The notes below the pieces were generated by a model. That model saw only the letters and a list, made by a program, of their open reading frames with translations. It made no database searches and had not been told where the DNA came from. A DNA stretch of 60,795 nucleotides, the filler included. It is 8 parts of 8 records of this genome, joined end to end, with 100 filler letters (N's around TTAATTAATTAA, not from the genome) between each part and the next. Parts side by side here need not be neighbours in the genome. Positions count along the whole stretch, not along the records: positions 1 to 8,733 come from SRR31147125_89356; positions 8,834 to 15,673 come from SRR31147125_89420; 6 more parts are not named here. One strand, written 5' to 3'. How positions within the stretch are numbered: position 1 is the stretch's first letter; each line of letters begins with the position of its first letter. Shown here piece by piece: positions 1 through 10,820 of the stretch. The translations under genes and the position numbers were made by a program.

Positions 1-429
1 AAAAAGCGGTCGACTATCGCAAACAGCCTGCGACTATTAAATTTGAATGAAGAAATGAAAGAAGCTCTGGAGAAGGGAGAGATATCAGCCGGACATGCAA
101 GATCAATCCTTTCTGTGGTGAATCCAGCCGACAGAAAGGTGCTGTTCGAAAAAATAATCGGATCTGGTCTTTCTGTACGTCAGGCAGAGCAGGAGGCAAA
201 GCAGCTTAATGATGGATCGAGAGCTGCGGTTAAAAAGAAAAAAACTGTTAAAAAGGAAAAACCGGCCGATCTGCGCAGAGTAGAAGAACGTTTTCTGCAT
301 TCTCTGGGAACTAAGGTTGAGCTTAAGGGGTCTATCCAAAAAGGCAAGTTGGAAATCAGCTATTATTCTCCCGAGGATCTGCAAAGACTTTATCAGATTA
401 TCGGTGGGGATGAAAATCTGTTTAATTAG
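1..429 (+). CDS. parB: ParB/Spo0J chromosome partitioning protein, C-terminal part (5' truncated)
   Basis: Frame is open from base 1 (KKRSTIANSLRLLNL), then GEISAGHARSIL, LSVRQAE and the C-terminal LGTKVEL..KGKLEISYYS dimerisation motif. Confidence 0.9.
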   Translation, partial: KKRSTIANSLRLLNLNEEMKEALEKGEISAGHARSILSVVNPADRKVLFEKIIGSGLSVRQAEQEAKQLNDGSRAAVKKKKTVKKEKPADLRRVEERFLHSLGTKVELKGSIQKGKLEISYYSPEDLQRLYQIIGGDENLFN

Positions 430-466
430 TAATAAATATATATAATATAAATAATTAGGAGAAAAT

Positions 467-1405
467 ATGTCTGAAATGAAAGCGGGAGTATATGCTAAAA
501 TTACGAGTGATAAAGGTGAAATAGTGCTGGAGCTGGAATATAAGAAAACTCCAATGACGGTATCAAATTTCGTGGGACTTGCCGAAGGTGTTCTGGGCGA
601 TAATTCATCAGGGTTTTATGATGGGTTGAATTTCCATAGAGTAATAGATGATTTTATGGTTCAGGGCGGCTGTCCCGAAGGAACCGGAACTGGTGGTCCA
701 GGGTATTCTTTCCCCGATGAATTCGATGCAAGTCTAAAACATACCGGCCCCGGTATTTTATCTATGGCCAACAGTGGACCAAATACAAACGGAAGCCAAT
801 TTTTTATCACACATGTAGCGACCCCCTGGTTGGATAATAAGCACACTGTTTTTGGCAAGGTTGTTGAAGGGCAGGATGTAGTGAATGCCATTGTTCAGGG
901 TGACAGAATTGATAACATATCAATTGTCAGAGTCGGTGAAGAAGCAGAAAAATTTGTGGTAACAAAAGCCAGTTTTGATGCTGAATTGCAAAATATTGCA
1001 AAAACAAAGGCAGAAAAGGCTGCTTCAGGCAGAAAAAGAGCGGATCAAGAGATTGATAACCGCTGGCCGAATGCTGTAAAAAGCAGTAGTGGTCTTCGCT
1101 ATATTGTTGAGAAAGAAGGAACCGGAACTGACAGTCCGGTAATGGGGACAAAGGTAACAGTTCACTATTCAGGCGAGCTTCTGAACGGACAGGTGTTTGA
1201 CAGTTCCTATAAAAGAGATGAACCGGCAACGTTTGCGGTTGGGCAGGTTATCCAGGGATGGAATGAAGCCCTTGTGTCTATGAAAAAGGGAGAACAGAGG
1301 GTCTTAATTATCCCGCCGGACCTCGGATATGGTTCTCGTGGTTATCCAGGGGTTATTCCACCTGAAAGTTATTTGATTTTCACCGTTGAACTACTGGATT
1401 TCTAA
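467..1405 (+). CDS. Dual-domain peptidyl-prolyl isomerase (cyclophilin N-terminal, FKBP C-terminal)
   Basis: Cyclophilin motifs [45 protein letters not shown] motifs [41 protein letters not shown]. Confidence 0.95.
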   Translation: MSEMKAGVYAKITSDKGEIVLELEYKKTPMTVSNFVGLAEGVLGDNSSGFYDGLNFHRVIDDFMVQGGCPEGTGTGGPGYSFPDEFDASLKHTGPGILSMANSGPNTNGSQFFITHVATPWLDNKHTVFGKVVEGQDVVNAIVQGDRIDNISIVRVGEEAEKFVVTKASFDAELQNIAKTKAEKAASGRKRADQEIDNRWPNAVKSSSGLRYIVEKEGTGTDSPVMGTKVTVHYSGELLNGQVFDSSYKRDEPATFAVGQVIQGWNEALVSMKKGEQRVLIIPPDLGYGSRGYPGVIPPESYLIFTVELLDF

Positions 1406-1428
1406 GTAAAAAACAATTAAGGACGTTC

Positions 1429-2808
1429 ATGGCTAAACAAAAGATAGCATTTGTCTGTACTGAATGTGGAAGAGTAGAACAAAAATGGCTTGGCCGTTGC
1501 CCGGACTGCGGCCAGTGGAACACTTTTACCGAGGAAGCGGTTGCCGCTAAAGACAACGGTAAAGGGACTTCGCGAGTTGGGAAAACCGTAGCCGGCAAAG
1601 CGGCAAACAGGCCGCGCAGTCTGACAGATGTCGAGGCAGATGCCGGTATCCGTTTTAGTTCCGGTATTGCGGAAATGGATAAAGTCTTAGGCGGGGGAAT
1701 TGTAAAAGGAAGCACCGTTCTGGTCGGAGGAGAGCCTGGAATAGGAAAGTCTACGCTCTTACTGCAGGTTTTAGCGCTTTCAGAAGCAAAAAAAGCGTTA
1801 TATGTCTCAGGGGAAGAATCTCTGGGACAGATAAAATTAAGGGCTGAACGCCTGCAGCTTCCCCATTCAGCGATCACTGTACTCTGTGAAACCAATCTGG
1901 AAAAACTGTCAAGAATAATAGCCAAAGAGAAATATGATCTGGTAGTTATTGACTCGATACAGACACTTTACAGTGAAGAAGCCGGCCCGGTTCCCGGAAC
2001 GGTTAACCAACTTAAATTTGGTACCATCGAACTTACCGATACCGCCAGAGAAATGCAGCTCTCACTATTCCTCATAGGCCATGTCACAAAAGATGGAACA
2101 ATTGCAGGTCCAAAAGTTGTCGAACATCTTGTAGATTCGGTACTCTATTTTGACCAGGCTGAGGGCGGCGTACGTATTTTACGCACATCAAAAAACCGTT
2201 TTGGGTCCATTGATGAGATTGGTATTTTTGTCATGACCGGGAAGGGACTTGTTTCGGCAGTGAATCCTGAATCCTTTTTTATGGGAAGAAGGAAGGGCAG
2301 TACACCGCCGGGAGTGGTTGCAGCTGCGGTTTTTGAGGGCTCCAGAACTTTTATGGTAGAAATTCAGGCTTTGACCGTCCCCGTGTCAGGCGGATACTCA
2401 CGAGTTTATTCAGATAAAATTGATACAGCACGAGTTTCCAGGGTTGCTGCTGTTATAGAGAAACATACCGGAATCAAATTTGGTGATTACGATATATATA
2501 TCAATGTCGCAGGCGGAATTAAGCTGTCGGAAGTGGGTATTGAACTGCCGCTTGCCACTGCACTGCTCTCAGCCCGTATGAATAAACCGGTTCCTCAAGG
2601 TTTGGCTGCTGCAGGTGAGTTAAGTCTGGCTGGCGAAGTGAGAATGATAGGTCATCTTGATAAAAGATTGTCTACGGCTGAGCAAATGAAGTTTCATAAA
2701 TTTATCGGTCCCGATGTTCATAATGCATCCCAGAGCAAAAAACTGCAGGGCACGATTTATCTTTCCTGTTCCGGCATCAAAGAAGTTGCCGAGCAACTCT
2801 TTAATTGA
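1429..2808 (+). CDS. radA: DNA repair protein RadA/Sms
   Basis: C4 zinc finger (CTECG..CPDC), Walker A GEPGIGKST, KNRFG motif, Lon-like C-terminal domain. Confidence 0.96.
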   Translation: MAKQKIAFVCTECGRVEQKWLGRCPDCGQWNTFTEEAVAAKDNGKGTSRVGKTVAGKAANRPRSLTDVEADAGIRFSSGIAEMDKVLGGGIVKGSTVLVGGEPGIGKSTLLLQVLALSEAKKALYVSGEESLGQIKLRAERLQLPHSAITVLCETNLEKLSRIIAKEKYDLVVIDSIQTLYSEEAGPVPGTVNQLKFGTIELTDTAREMQLSLFLIGHVTKDGTIAGPKVVEHLVDSVLYFDQAEGGVRILRTSKNRFGSIDEIGIFVMTGKGLVSAVNPESFFMGRRKGSTPPGVVAAAVFEGSRTFMVEIQALTVPVSGGYSRVYSDKIDTARVSRVAAVIEKHTGIKFGDYDIYINVAGGIKLSEVGIELPLATALLSARMNKPVPQGLAAAGELSLAGEVRMIGHLDKRLSTAEQMKFHKFIGPDVHNASQSKKLQGTIYLSCSGIKEVAEQLFN

Positions 2809-2827
2809 TATTAGACTCCAGCCTGTA

Positions 2828-4018
2828 TCAGCCGACAAGCGATATGAGAAACGGGAATGCGATAAATGTCCCTATGGCGCTGCCTACGCTGGTGAGAAAA
2901 AATACTATAAGCGCGTGAGTTACTCTATTGCGAAAAAATCCCCGAAACGACAGCATATCGCTATTCAAGTTCTCAAAATCAGAAACACGGGGTTTTTTCA
3001 AGTATGCTTCCAGACCTCCGGAAACTATACCCACTCCTATTGTGGGATTTAACGATGTAAATGGGGCAAGTAATACAGTGGCTATAATTGTAACGGGATG
3101 AGCTAGGGAGATAATCGCGCCAATTCCGGCAAGGATACCGTTTACCGCTACCCAGTACATGAACATCTCAATTCCCTGGTCCCATCCGGCGTTGATAAAA
3201 CCATAGATGAGCAAACCCACAACTGCGGCAGGAATGAGCCAGGGGAGTATTTTAGAAACTTTGGAGGCAGGAGGGATCTCCTTAAGTTCGGAAAGTGATT
3301 TCTGAATGGTTTCAGCTTCCAGCTTACCGAGTGTTTCAATAATTCCTTCAGCATGTCCGGCACCAATAATCGCCAGAATGGTTTCACCGGGGGCGTTGTA
3401 GATGTTGGTTGCCAGATAGATATCCCGTTCATCTATCAGAACCTCTTTAACCGTTGGAAGTTCCTTGGCGAGCTCTTCCATCATACCCTGCAGTGCGGAG
3501 CGCTCTTTCAGAGCCTCTATATCCTCACTGGAAAGCTCTTCCTTAGAAAAAGCAGATGATATAAGGGTTGCCAGAAGCTTCATCTTGTTCCAGAAACTCG
3601 ATTTCTTCCAGGCCCTTCTCAGCGTGATCTGAATATCGCGGTCACTGAGCGAGAAACCAATACCGGCTTTTTCTGCCAATTCTACGGCGATTTTCATCTC
3701 TTCACCCGGGGTAATTCCGGAACTTTGACCCATTCTGCGTTGAAATGAGGATAAAGCCATGTTTGCGAGCATGAAAAATCCCTTCCCCTGCTTCAGCACT
3801 TTACCTATATTGAGGTTTTGCCAGGATTGACCCTCTTTCATAACCTTGTAGCGGCCGGGATCAATTTCAATACAGATATGATCGGGGTCTTTTTCCTGAA
3901 TCAAAGAAGAAACTTCATCGACACTGCCCTGAGAGACATGGGCTGTTCCAACGAGATATATTGTTTTATTTTTTAGGGTGATAACAGAAAGAGTATCACT
4001 GACGTATTCACTATTCAC
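2828..4018 (-). CDS. TraB/GumN (pheromone-shutdown) family membrane protein
   Basis: LVGTAHVS, LIDERD and IGAGH motifs plus C-terminal TM helices; GTG start at 4018 with GGAGG RBS. Confidence 0.9.
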   Translation of the reverse strand: MNSEYVSDTLSVITLKNKTIYLVGTAHVSQGSVDEVSSLIQEKDPDHICIEIDPGRYKVMKEGQSWQNLNIGKVLKQGKGFFMLANMALSSFQRRMGQSSGITPGEEMKIAVELAEKAGIGFSLSDRDIQITLRRAWKKSSFWNKMKLLATLISSAFSKEELSSEDIEALKERSALQGMMEELAKELPTVKEVLIDERDIYLATNIYNAPGETILAIIGAGHAEGIIETLGKLEAETIQKSLSELKEIPPASKVSKILPWLIPAAVVGLLIYGFINAGWDQGIEMFMYWVAVNGILAGIGAIISLAHPVTIIATVLLAPFTSLNPTIGVGIVSGGLEAYLKKPRVSDFENLNSDMLSFRGFFRNRVTHALIVFFLTSVGSAIGTFIAFPFLISLVG

Positions 4019-4150
4019 GCGGTTCCTCCGTGTGAAGTAACTATACTCATGAACTGGAAAATGGACAAGACCGTGTTGCAAATATGCAAAGGATGTTGCT
4101 AATAAGCTAAGGATATTGCAAATAAGAACAGTATGAAGTAGTGTCTTTGC

Positions 4151-5113
4151 ATGGAAACACTGATCTATCTGGGATTTCTTTTTCTCGCACTTTTCCTCGG
4201 GGCAGGTGCCGCCTTTACAAAGCTTATCCCGGCCCGCTACAGCAGCATAGTTGACAGACTGCTTGGATGGTGTCTTTACGCGCTGCTGTTCAGTATGGGA
4301 ATAAAAACCGGATTGATAGAAGATATAGGAACCAAGCTGTCAATGATAGGGGCTACTGCTGTGGCCTTTGCAGCGTTCACAGTTGTTGGCAGTGCTGTTT
4401 TAGTCCTGACAGTAGGTTTTATTGCAGATAAGACGACAAAAACAGCGGTACAGGAACAAAAAACAAAAAAAGCTATCGAAAAAAAGTTTTCACTAGTTGC
4501 CATAATTAAGCATCTGCAGGAGCCGCTCATTCTAATATGCATCGTGGTAGCCGGAGCATTGCTCTCGGCTGGAACCAACCTGTTTTCCTGGTTTAGTGAT
4601 ACCATTACCGAATGGCTGTTATATGTACTGCTGTTTCTCGTGGGGATACAGATGGTGCATGGCAAGACAGATATTAAGTCGCTGCTGAAAGATCCGGTCG
4701 CATTAACCCTGCCCATCATGACGGTTGTTGGAACATTAGCTGGAGCTCTGTGTATCCCGCTGTTTTTTGATATTTCTCTTTCCGAGTCTCTCGCTGTCGG
4801 ATCTGGTTTCGGATGGTATTCTCTGTCGGGAATACTGATCGCGGATTTGGGAGACCCCATACTTGGTTCAATCGCGTTCCTGAGCAATCTGTTTCGAGAG
4901 AGCCTTGCTTTTATTACTATTCCTCTATTAGCCGGGTATGGAAGAAAGCGGGCTGCTATTAGTGTGTGCGGGGCAACCAGTATGGATGTTACACTGCCAA
5001 TGATAGAAAAGTATTGCGGGGTGCACTATGTACCGCTTTCTTTGGCCCATGGAATACTGCTGACCCTGATCGTACCCTTTCTGGTACCGGTTTTGTACAC
5101 TTCAGGCATATAA
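4151..5113 (+). CDS. LysO/DUF340 family exporter
   Basis: Multi-TM protein with SGFGWYSLSG, NLFRE and GATSMDVTLP motifs. Confidence 0.85.
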   Translation: METLIYLGFLFLALFLGAGAAFTKLIPARYSSIVDRLLGWCLYALLFSMGIKTGLIEDIGTKLSMIGATAVAFAAFTVVGSAVLVLTVGFIADKTTKTAVQEQKTKKAIEKKFSLVAIIKHLQEPLILICIVVAGALLSAGTNLFSWFSDTITEWLLYVLLFLVGIQMVHGKTDIKSLLKDPVALTLPIMTVVGTLAGALCIPLFFDISLSESLAVGSGFGWYSLSGILIADLGDPILGSIAFLSNLFRESLAFITIPLLAGYGRKRAAISVCGATSMDVTLPMIEKYCGVHYVPLSLAHGILLTLIVPFLVPVLYTSGI

Positions 5114-5162
5114 GTTAGCAGTCCTAACTAACTAAAATAAGGACGATACACACAAAGAGTAG

Positions 5163-5657
5163 CTACCCTAAAACCCGGATACAGTACTGAAATGAATAAT
5201 CGTTCAGGTTATTTGACAAGACACCATCTCCTTCCTGTACAATCCGTAGAAAAATGGATGAATCGAGGGTGATGTCTTTACGGTTCTGTATGTAATGTCC
5301 TAAAAAATCCCGCGCAGTCAGCAAACACCGGTTTTCTGTGTAGGGAAACTGAAGAAACAGATAATCGGATGCAGTAAACCAGGTTTCCGTATTGATATCG
5401 TCCAAAGCATCCATATTTGGTAAATGTACTCCCCCTCGGGGACCCCCTCGGGATTCAGATAATACCAAAGAACCGGAAGTATCTGTGGAAAATGTACTTG
5501 ATAAGATAAGCTCCGGGCAGGAATAATCTTGACCTAAAAGGTTTTCGGCAGCAGCGGCGGCTATGCGGATGAAGTTTTCCGGGTTATCAAACTCTACAGT
5601 TTCTTCAAGAATCCAGTAAGCCATCGGTTGAAATAAATGTAGTTTCATTACGCGCAT
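5163..5657 (-). CDS. Hypothetical protein
   Basis: 164-aa ORF filling the intergenic space; no recognised motif. Confidence 0.55.
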   Translation of the reverse strand: MRVMKLHLFQPMAYWILEETVEFDNPENFIRIAAAAAENLLGQDYSCPELILSSTFSTDTSGSLVLSESRGGPRGGVHLPNMDALDDINTETWFTASDYLFLQFPYTENRCLLTARDFLGHYIQNRKDITLDSSIFLRIVQEGDGVLSNNLNDYSFQYCIRVLG

Positions 5658-5819
5658 ATCACTATAGTAATCGAAGAAATAGATTTGTAACAGAGCGATT
5701 ATCAGTTAACGCGCATGCACAAACCTCAGAAAAATATAAGAAATGTTGATAAAATACTTACTAGAAATGAAATCCTTTGTTATCTTAGAAAACGTAACAC
5801 ACAATAATAGGATGGAAGT

Positions 5820-7046
5820 ATGAAAGCAGTTGAAATGGCAGATGGAATATACAGGGTAAGTGCAAATATTGGTTCCAGAGATCTGTTTGAAGGTATTTGG
5901 CCGATACCGAACGGGGTATCACTCAATTCTTATGTGGTTCGTGGCGAAAAAATTGCGCTGATAGACCTCGTAAAGGATTGGGAAAATGCAGTAGATGAAA
6001 TTTCAACACAGCTCAAATCACTCCAAATAAAACTAGAAGATATAGATTACCTGATTTTGAATCACATGGAGCCTGACCACACTGGCTGGTTAGCAGAAAT
6101 GATAAAAAAGAATCCTAAAATGGAAATCATCTGTTCAAAAAAAGCAGTTCCGCTTGTTAAGGCCTTTTACGATGTGGAAGATAACATACGGGCTGTAGGT
6201 TCCGGTGACTCACTTGATCTCGGAGGTAAAACACTGCTGTTTGAAGACACCCCGAACATTCACTGGCCGGAGACTATTATGACCTATGAGCCGGAAGCGG
6301 GAATTCTGTTTTCCTGTGATGCTTTTGGTTCATTCGGCAAGGTCGGAGAAGCGGTGTTTGATGACCAGCTTTCCGAAAAGGAACATACATTTTTTGAAAG
6401 AGAAACTTTACGTTACTATGCGAATATTGTTTCAACATTCTCAACGTTTGTGCAGCGGGGGATAAAGAAGCTTGAAAATCTTGATGTCAAGATTATTGCT
6501 CCAAGCCATGGAATTATCTGGCGTGAAAATCCGGGTAAAATAGTCGAAGATTATCAAAAACTGGCATCCTACATGAACGGTCCGGCCGAAAAAGAGATTA
6601 CTTTGATTTGGAGCAGTATGTACGGAAACACTGAAGCACTGCTTGAATCGATCATTAAAGGGGTTAATGACGAAGGTGTGCCGCTTAATATCCATCGAAT
6701 TCCACAGGAACATGCCTCCTTTGTGCTCGCTTCCGCCTGGAAATCTTCAGGAATAATAATAGGAACTCCAACCTATGAATATAAGATGTTTCCACCCATG
6801 TATGCCATTCTGGATATTCTGGAAAGAAGTCACGTGAAAAACCGAAAAGCATTACGCTTCGGCTCTTACGGATGGTCAGGTGGTGCCCAAAAACAGTATG
6901 ATCAGTTCACCGAAACCATGAAATGGGATTGTATTGGATCAGTCGAATACCAGGGAGCCCCGAGTCAGGCAGATAAGGATGAGGCATATAAAAAGGCACG
7001 TGAGCTTGCCACGCGATTAAGAACTGGGAGCAGTAAGTCGGTTTAA
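5820..7046 (+). CDS. fprA: FprA-family flavodiiron protein (MBL domain plus flavodoxin)
   Basis: HMEPDH, HWPE, CDAFG, APSHG diiron motifs; SMYGNT and FGSYGWSGG flavodoxin motifs. Confidence 0.93.
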   Translation: MKAVEMADGIYRVSANIGSRDLFEGIWPIPNGVSLNSYVVRGEKIALIDLVKDWENAVDEISTQLKSLQIKLEDIDYLILNHMEPDHTGWLAEMIKKNPKMEIICSKKAVPLVKAFYDVEDNIRAVGSGDSLDLGGKTLLFEDTPNIHWPETIMTYEPEAGILFSCDAFGSFGKVGEAVFDDQLSEKEHTFFERETLRYYANIVSTFSTFVQRGIKKLENLDVKIIAPSHGIIWRENPGKIVEDYQKLASYMNGPAEKEITLIWSSMYGNTEALLESIIKGVNDEGVPLNIHRIPQEHASFVLASAWKSSGIIIGTPTYEYKMFPPMYAILDILERSHVKNRKALRFGSYGWSGGAQKQYDQFTETMKWDCIGSVEYQGAPSQADKDEAYKKARELATRLRTGSSKSV

Positions 7047-7625
7047 ATGGGCTTTGCCGGATGTAAGGTCGGTAATTTTCCGAACCGCAGACGCAAATTC
7101 AGCATCCGGCAGTGTGCCGGTAAGAGTGATAACAGTTTCAAATAGTTCATCAGTCAGCACGGCTTGATGACTCAGCAGCTCTTTTTTCACCTGTTCATAT
7201 GCGTCGTAACCGATCTCGATCGAGAAAGAGGATTTGTCAATTAACTCTTCGGTGGGCACCTCCCTAAGCACCTCTTTCGCAGCCTGCGAATATGCGTGTA
7301 CCAACCCGCCTGTGCCCAGTTTTGTTCCGCCAAAATATCGTACTACCATAACCATGATATTTGTTATTCCGCTGCCTTTGAGTACTTCCAGTACCGGACG
7401 CCCGGCAGTGTTGCGCGGTTCTTTATCATCACTCATGCTGAAGGTGTCCCCGCGCCTGCCAAGGATATAGGCGTGCACCACGTGCGATGCGTCAGGATGC
7501 TGCTGTCTGGTTTCCCGTATCAGCTGTTTGGCCTGGGAATCGGTAGATATCGGTATGGCAATTCCGATAAAGCGGGAACGTTTAACATCGAATTCTATTT
7601 CGGCAGCTGTCGTTGGAATATTCAT
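7017..7625 (-). CDS. yigZ: YigZ/IMPACT family protein
   Basis: KRSRF, SDDKEPRNTAG and VRYFGGTKLGTGGLVHAY motifs. Confidence 0.92.
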   Translation of the reverse strand: MNIPTTAAEIEFDVKRSRFIGIAIPISTDSQAKQLIRETRQQHPDASHVVHAYILGRRGDTFSMSDDKEPRNTAGRPVLEVLKGSGITNIMVMVVRYFGGTKLGTGGLVHAYSQAAKEVLREVPTEELIDKSSFSIEIGYDAYEQVKKELLSHQAVLTDELFETVITLTGTLPDAEFASAVRKITDLTSGKAHLNRLTAPSS

Positions 7626-7738
7626 ATATCATATTACCATGATGGGTAAAAGTCCTTCAACAACTGCGATAAATGTGTGTATTCCTGAAAATTAAGAGGG
7701 GTTGCTGATGCAGAAGGGAATCCCTATACTCTTGATCT

Positions 7739-8686
7739 ATGAAGTCACAAAAAAGCTCCGGCCGGAACTTCGGATCCGGCAGGAATACAGCAACACTGCT
7801 GGTAGTATTATCAATGGTTTTTTATGGAGTCTCTTTTCCGGCAACAAAAGTGCTTCTGGAATCATATAATCCAATATCCATAATAACGATGAGACTGGTT
7901 GTCTCATCAATTCTATTAATGACGGTAAATCTTCTTATTTTTGGAAAAAAAGGTTTGCCGCAGCCGGCTGATATTCCCAAGTTTATTCTGGTAGCGCTGT
8001 TTCAGCCGTTTCTCTATTTTCTATTCGAAATCTATGGAATGCAGACAATTACCGCTGCCGTTTCATCAATTATCATCGCTACGATGCCGGTTTTCACTCC
8101 CCTTTTGACCAGGCTGTTTATAAGGGAACAGATCACCTTGTTCAATATAATCGGTGTAATTCTCTCATTTACGGGGGTGCTGATTCTGGTGCTGTCATCC
8201 GGTGGATCCGGAATTGCAGGCCAAAGCGCTGGAGAGTTGTCCATAATCGGTATATTGCTGACTTTTGGGGCAGTTCTATCTGCCGTACTGTATACCGTGG
8301 TAGTGAAAAAAATTCCTGTGATGTACAGTCCACTGACCATTACGTCGCTGCAAAACAGTATCGGGCTGCTCTTCTTTTTACCGCTTTTCTTCTTTTTTGA
8401 ATGGGAAGAGTTTTCTAGGATGCCGATATCATCGGATTCAATAATCAGCATCGTGTTTCTCGCGGTGTTTGCATCGAGCCTGGCCTTTATTTTTCTGAAT
8501 TTCGGAATTCAGAAACTTGGACCGACGCGCGCCAACAGCTTTGTGAACCTTGTTCCGGTGGTTACGGCGGTTACCTCATTTCTGTTTTTGGGTGAATCTT
8601 TCACTTTGGTGAAAATTGCCGGTATGGCAGTGGTTTTTCTCGGTGTTGTTATCTCTCAAAGGAAGAAAAAGGATTGCACTGCGTAA
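7739..8686 (+). CDS. DMT/EamA family transporter
   Basis: About 10 TM helices in two EamA-like repeats. Confidence 0.88.
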   Translation: MKSQKSSGRNFGSGRNTATLLVVLSMVFYGVSFPATKVLLESYNPISIITMRLVVSSILLMTVNLLIFGKKGLPQPADIPKFILVALFQPFLYFLFEIYGMQTITAAVSSIIIATMPVFTPLLTRLFIREQITLFNIIGVILSFTGVLILVLSSGGSGIAGQSAGELSIIGILLTFGAVLSAVLYTVVVKKIPVMYSPLTITSLQNSIGLLFFLPLFFFFEWEEFSRMPISSDSIISIVFLAVFASSLAFIFLNFGIQKLGPTRANSFVNLVPVVTAVTSFLFLGESFTLVKIAGMAVVFLGVVISQRKKKDCTA

Positions 8687-8733
8687 TCAGGGGAGTATCT
8701 CTTTTCTAACTGACCGAAAGAGTGTGGGATGAC

Positions 8734-8833
8734 NNNNNNNNNNNNNNNNNNNNNNNNNNNNNNNNNNNNNNNNNNNNTTAATTAATTAANNNNNNNNNNN
8801 NNNNNNNNNNNNNNNNNNNNNNNNNNNNNNNNN
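8734..8833. other. Artificial contig spacer
   Basis: N44-TTAATTAATTAA-N44; the 12-mer gives stops in all six frames. Confidence 0.99.
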
Positions 8834-9498
8834 CTGCCCGCGGCCATCGTATTGTAGGATATGATGCACCCCGTCTGGTCCGGACGCCTGCACATGCGCA
8901 CCTGATCGTGCGCAGCCAGGTCTTCCGGGGTCAGCGACCAACCGGGAAGCAGTGCGGCGACCAGGAGGTCTTCGGTACCGGTAGTCCCCCAGTGCTTGAG
9001 CAGCAGGTCCGAGAGAATCATTGAGCCTTGGCTGTGGCCCGCAAGGAAAAAGGGGCGTCCGTTGTTTTCGTGTGTCAGGTAATGGCTGAACGCGCGCCAT
9101 ACGTCCCCATGCACAACCTCCTGCAGCGGCGCTGCGTCTGTATCACTCAGACCGAGGCCGGCCAGGTTCATCTGCCGGTACATCGGCGCGTAGAGATTCG
9201 CAAGCCCCTTGAAAACGGATGCCTGGGTACGCACCGTGTCCAGGGCCGCACTGCGCAGGTCTGCACGGTTAATGTCCATGACCCAGTCGGTGTCGTTGAA
9301 CATGACGGTCGGATACACGAAAAACACGTCGACCCGAGCGGCGATGGAGGCCGGTTTAACCAGCCAACTCTGAGACTGCGCATAGTCCGGAGCTGCTGGC
9401 CAGGTTTCCGGATCAAGCGGCGGCATGGCGAAAGAGGGAAGAACCGGCGCACTGCTGAATAATACCAGCAAAAAGAGAAAGAGGATATGTCGGGGCAT
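8834..9498 (-). CDS. DUF3089 alpha/beta-hydrolase, secreted (3' truncated)
   Basis: Signal peptide MPRHILFLFLL; DVFFVYPT, YAPMYRQ and nucleophile motif GHSQG. Confidence 0.85.
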
Positions 9499-9562
9499 GA
9501 AAATGTCGTATCCGTGAGATCTGAAATGGATGGATAATCCTGCAATGACGCCGCCGATACCG

Positions 9563-10195
9563 TCAGGGAAAAACGATCTCCTGGCTGGCATCCGGGACCT
9601 TGTAGCCCACCTGAAAGGCCGGCCGCTGCGCAAGCCTCAGGTACCACTCGAGAACATTGGGATAGTCATGCAGATCGATCTTCTGGAACTGGTACCTGCT
9701 GACCCAGGGCCAGATCCCGATATCCGCGACGCTCAACTCGTCGACGGCCACGTGCCGATTCTGTTCAAGCTGCTTGTCCAGAACGCCATACAGCCGATTC
9801 GCCTCGAGCAGGTAGCGCTCCTCGGCATACTCGGATTTACCGGGGTTGAAATGAAGAAAGTGGTGGGCCTGCCCAAGCATCGGTCCCTGCCCCGCCATCT
9901 GCCACATCAGCCACTGCATGACCTTCCACTTCTCTGCAACATCATCCGGCAGCAACTTCCCCGATTTCTCAGCGAGATACAGCAGGATGGCACCTGATTC
10001 GAACAACGACTGCCCGTTTTCGTCATCGACGATAACCGGGATCTTGTTGTTGGGATTGATCGTCAGAAAGTCCGGCCCGAACTGTTCTCCTTTCGTAATA
10101 TCGACCGACACCACCCGGTACGGGAGGGCAACCTCTTCGAGCATGATCGAGATCTTCCGGCCGTTTGGGGTCCCCCACGTGTACAGATGTATCAT
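9563..10195 (-). CDS. Glutathione S-transferase, YfcG/Nu-class-like
   Basis: TPNGRK, INPNNKIP, FESGAIL and QWLMWQMAGQGPMLGQ motifs. Confidence 0.92.
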   Translation of the reverse strand: MIHLYTWGTPNGRKISIMLEEVALPYRVVSVDITKGEQFGPDFLTINPNNKIPVIVDDENGQSLFESGAILLYLAEKSGKLLPDDVAEKWKVMQWLMWQMAGQGPMLGQAHHFLHFNPGKSEYAEERYLLEANRLYGVLDKQLEQNRHVAVDELSVADIGIWPWVSRYQFQKIDLHDYPNVLEWYLRLAQRPAFQVGYKVPDASQEIVFP

Positions 10196-10227
10196 CTTCG
10201 CCTCCGTTGTCTCTTCATCCCTGTGCA

Positions 10228-10641
10228 CTACGGCTGTTCGTCAAACACCTTCACCCCGTCCGGAATCTCCAGCCAGCTCAGTTTCTTGCATGTCCACACA
10301 TGCGCCTTCGGCTCGAACAGGGAGTCGTCGTCGAAATCGACCGGCTTCAGCTTCAGTTTAACCATAGCCGGATCATCCGGGTTGAAATGGTACACCCTGT
10401 TTCCACAATCGGGACAGAACAGCGCATTGTTCGTATTGCCGCTGTCGCTAATTCTGCTCCACTCCTTGAGTTCTCCTTCAAACTCTATTGTGGCGGCATC
10501 GACCACCGCAGTAACGCTGTACGGTCCGGTTGCCAGTTTCTGGCACTCGGTGCAATGGCATGCGACGACCATTTTGGGCGCCTCGTGAAGCTTGTAGGTG
10601 ACCTGCCCGCATTGACAGGAACCTTCTATCGGAAATTTCAT
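10228..10641 (-). CDS. GFA family (CENP-V/GFA) zinc protein
   Basis: GSCQCG, CHCTECQK and FCPDCG cysteine pattern. Confidence 0.92.
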   Translation of the reverse strand: MKFPIEGSCQCGQVTYKLHEAPKMVVACHCTECQKLATGPYSVTAVVDAATIEFEGELKEWSRISDSGNTNNALFCPDCGNRVYHFNPDDPAMVKLKLKPVDFDDDSLFEPKAHVWTCKKLSWLEIPDGVKVFDEQP

Positions 10642-10820
10642 ATCCTCACCCTCATTTTCGAGTTTCTGTGTATTTACTTGTGCATACATCGGTTGCTAGG
10701 CCCAACCCCAAATCGGGGCTCATACTCCACAAACTCAGGAAACGAGCCTTTTCACTGTCAAAAGATAAGGATGAGCCCTCAAATTGGTACAAGAAAATGG
10801 TCCAGGATGACTCACGCCCG

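Noticed and set aside
8778..8789. Recurrent TTAATTAATTAA as a biological repeat
   Set aside because: It is always centred in N-runs, so it is an artificial all-frame stop linker.
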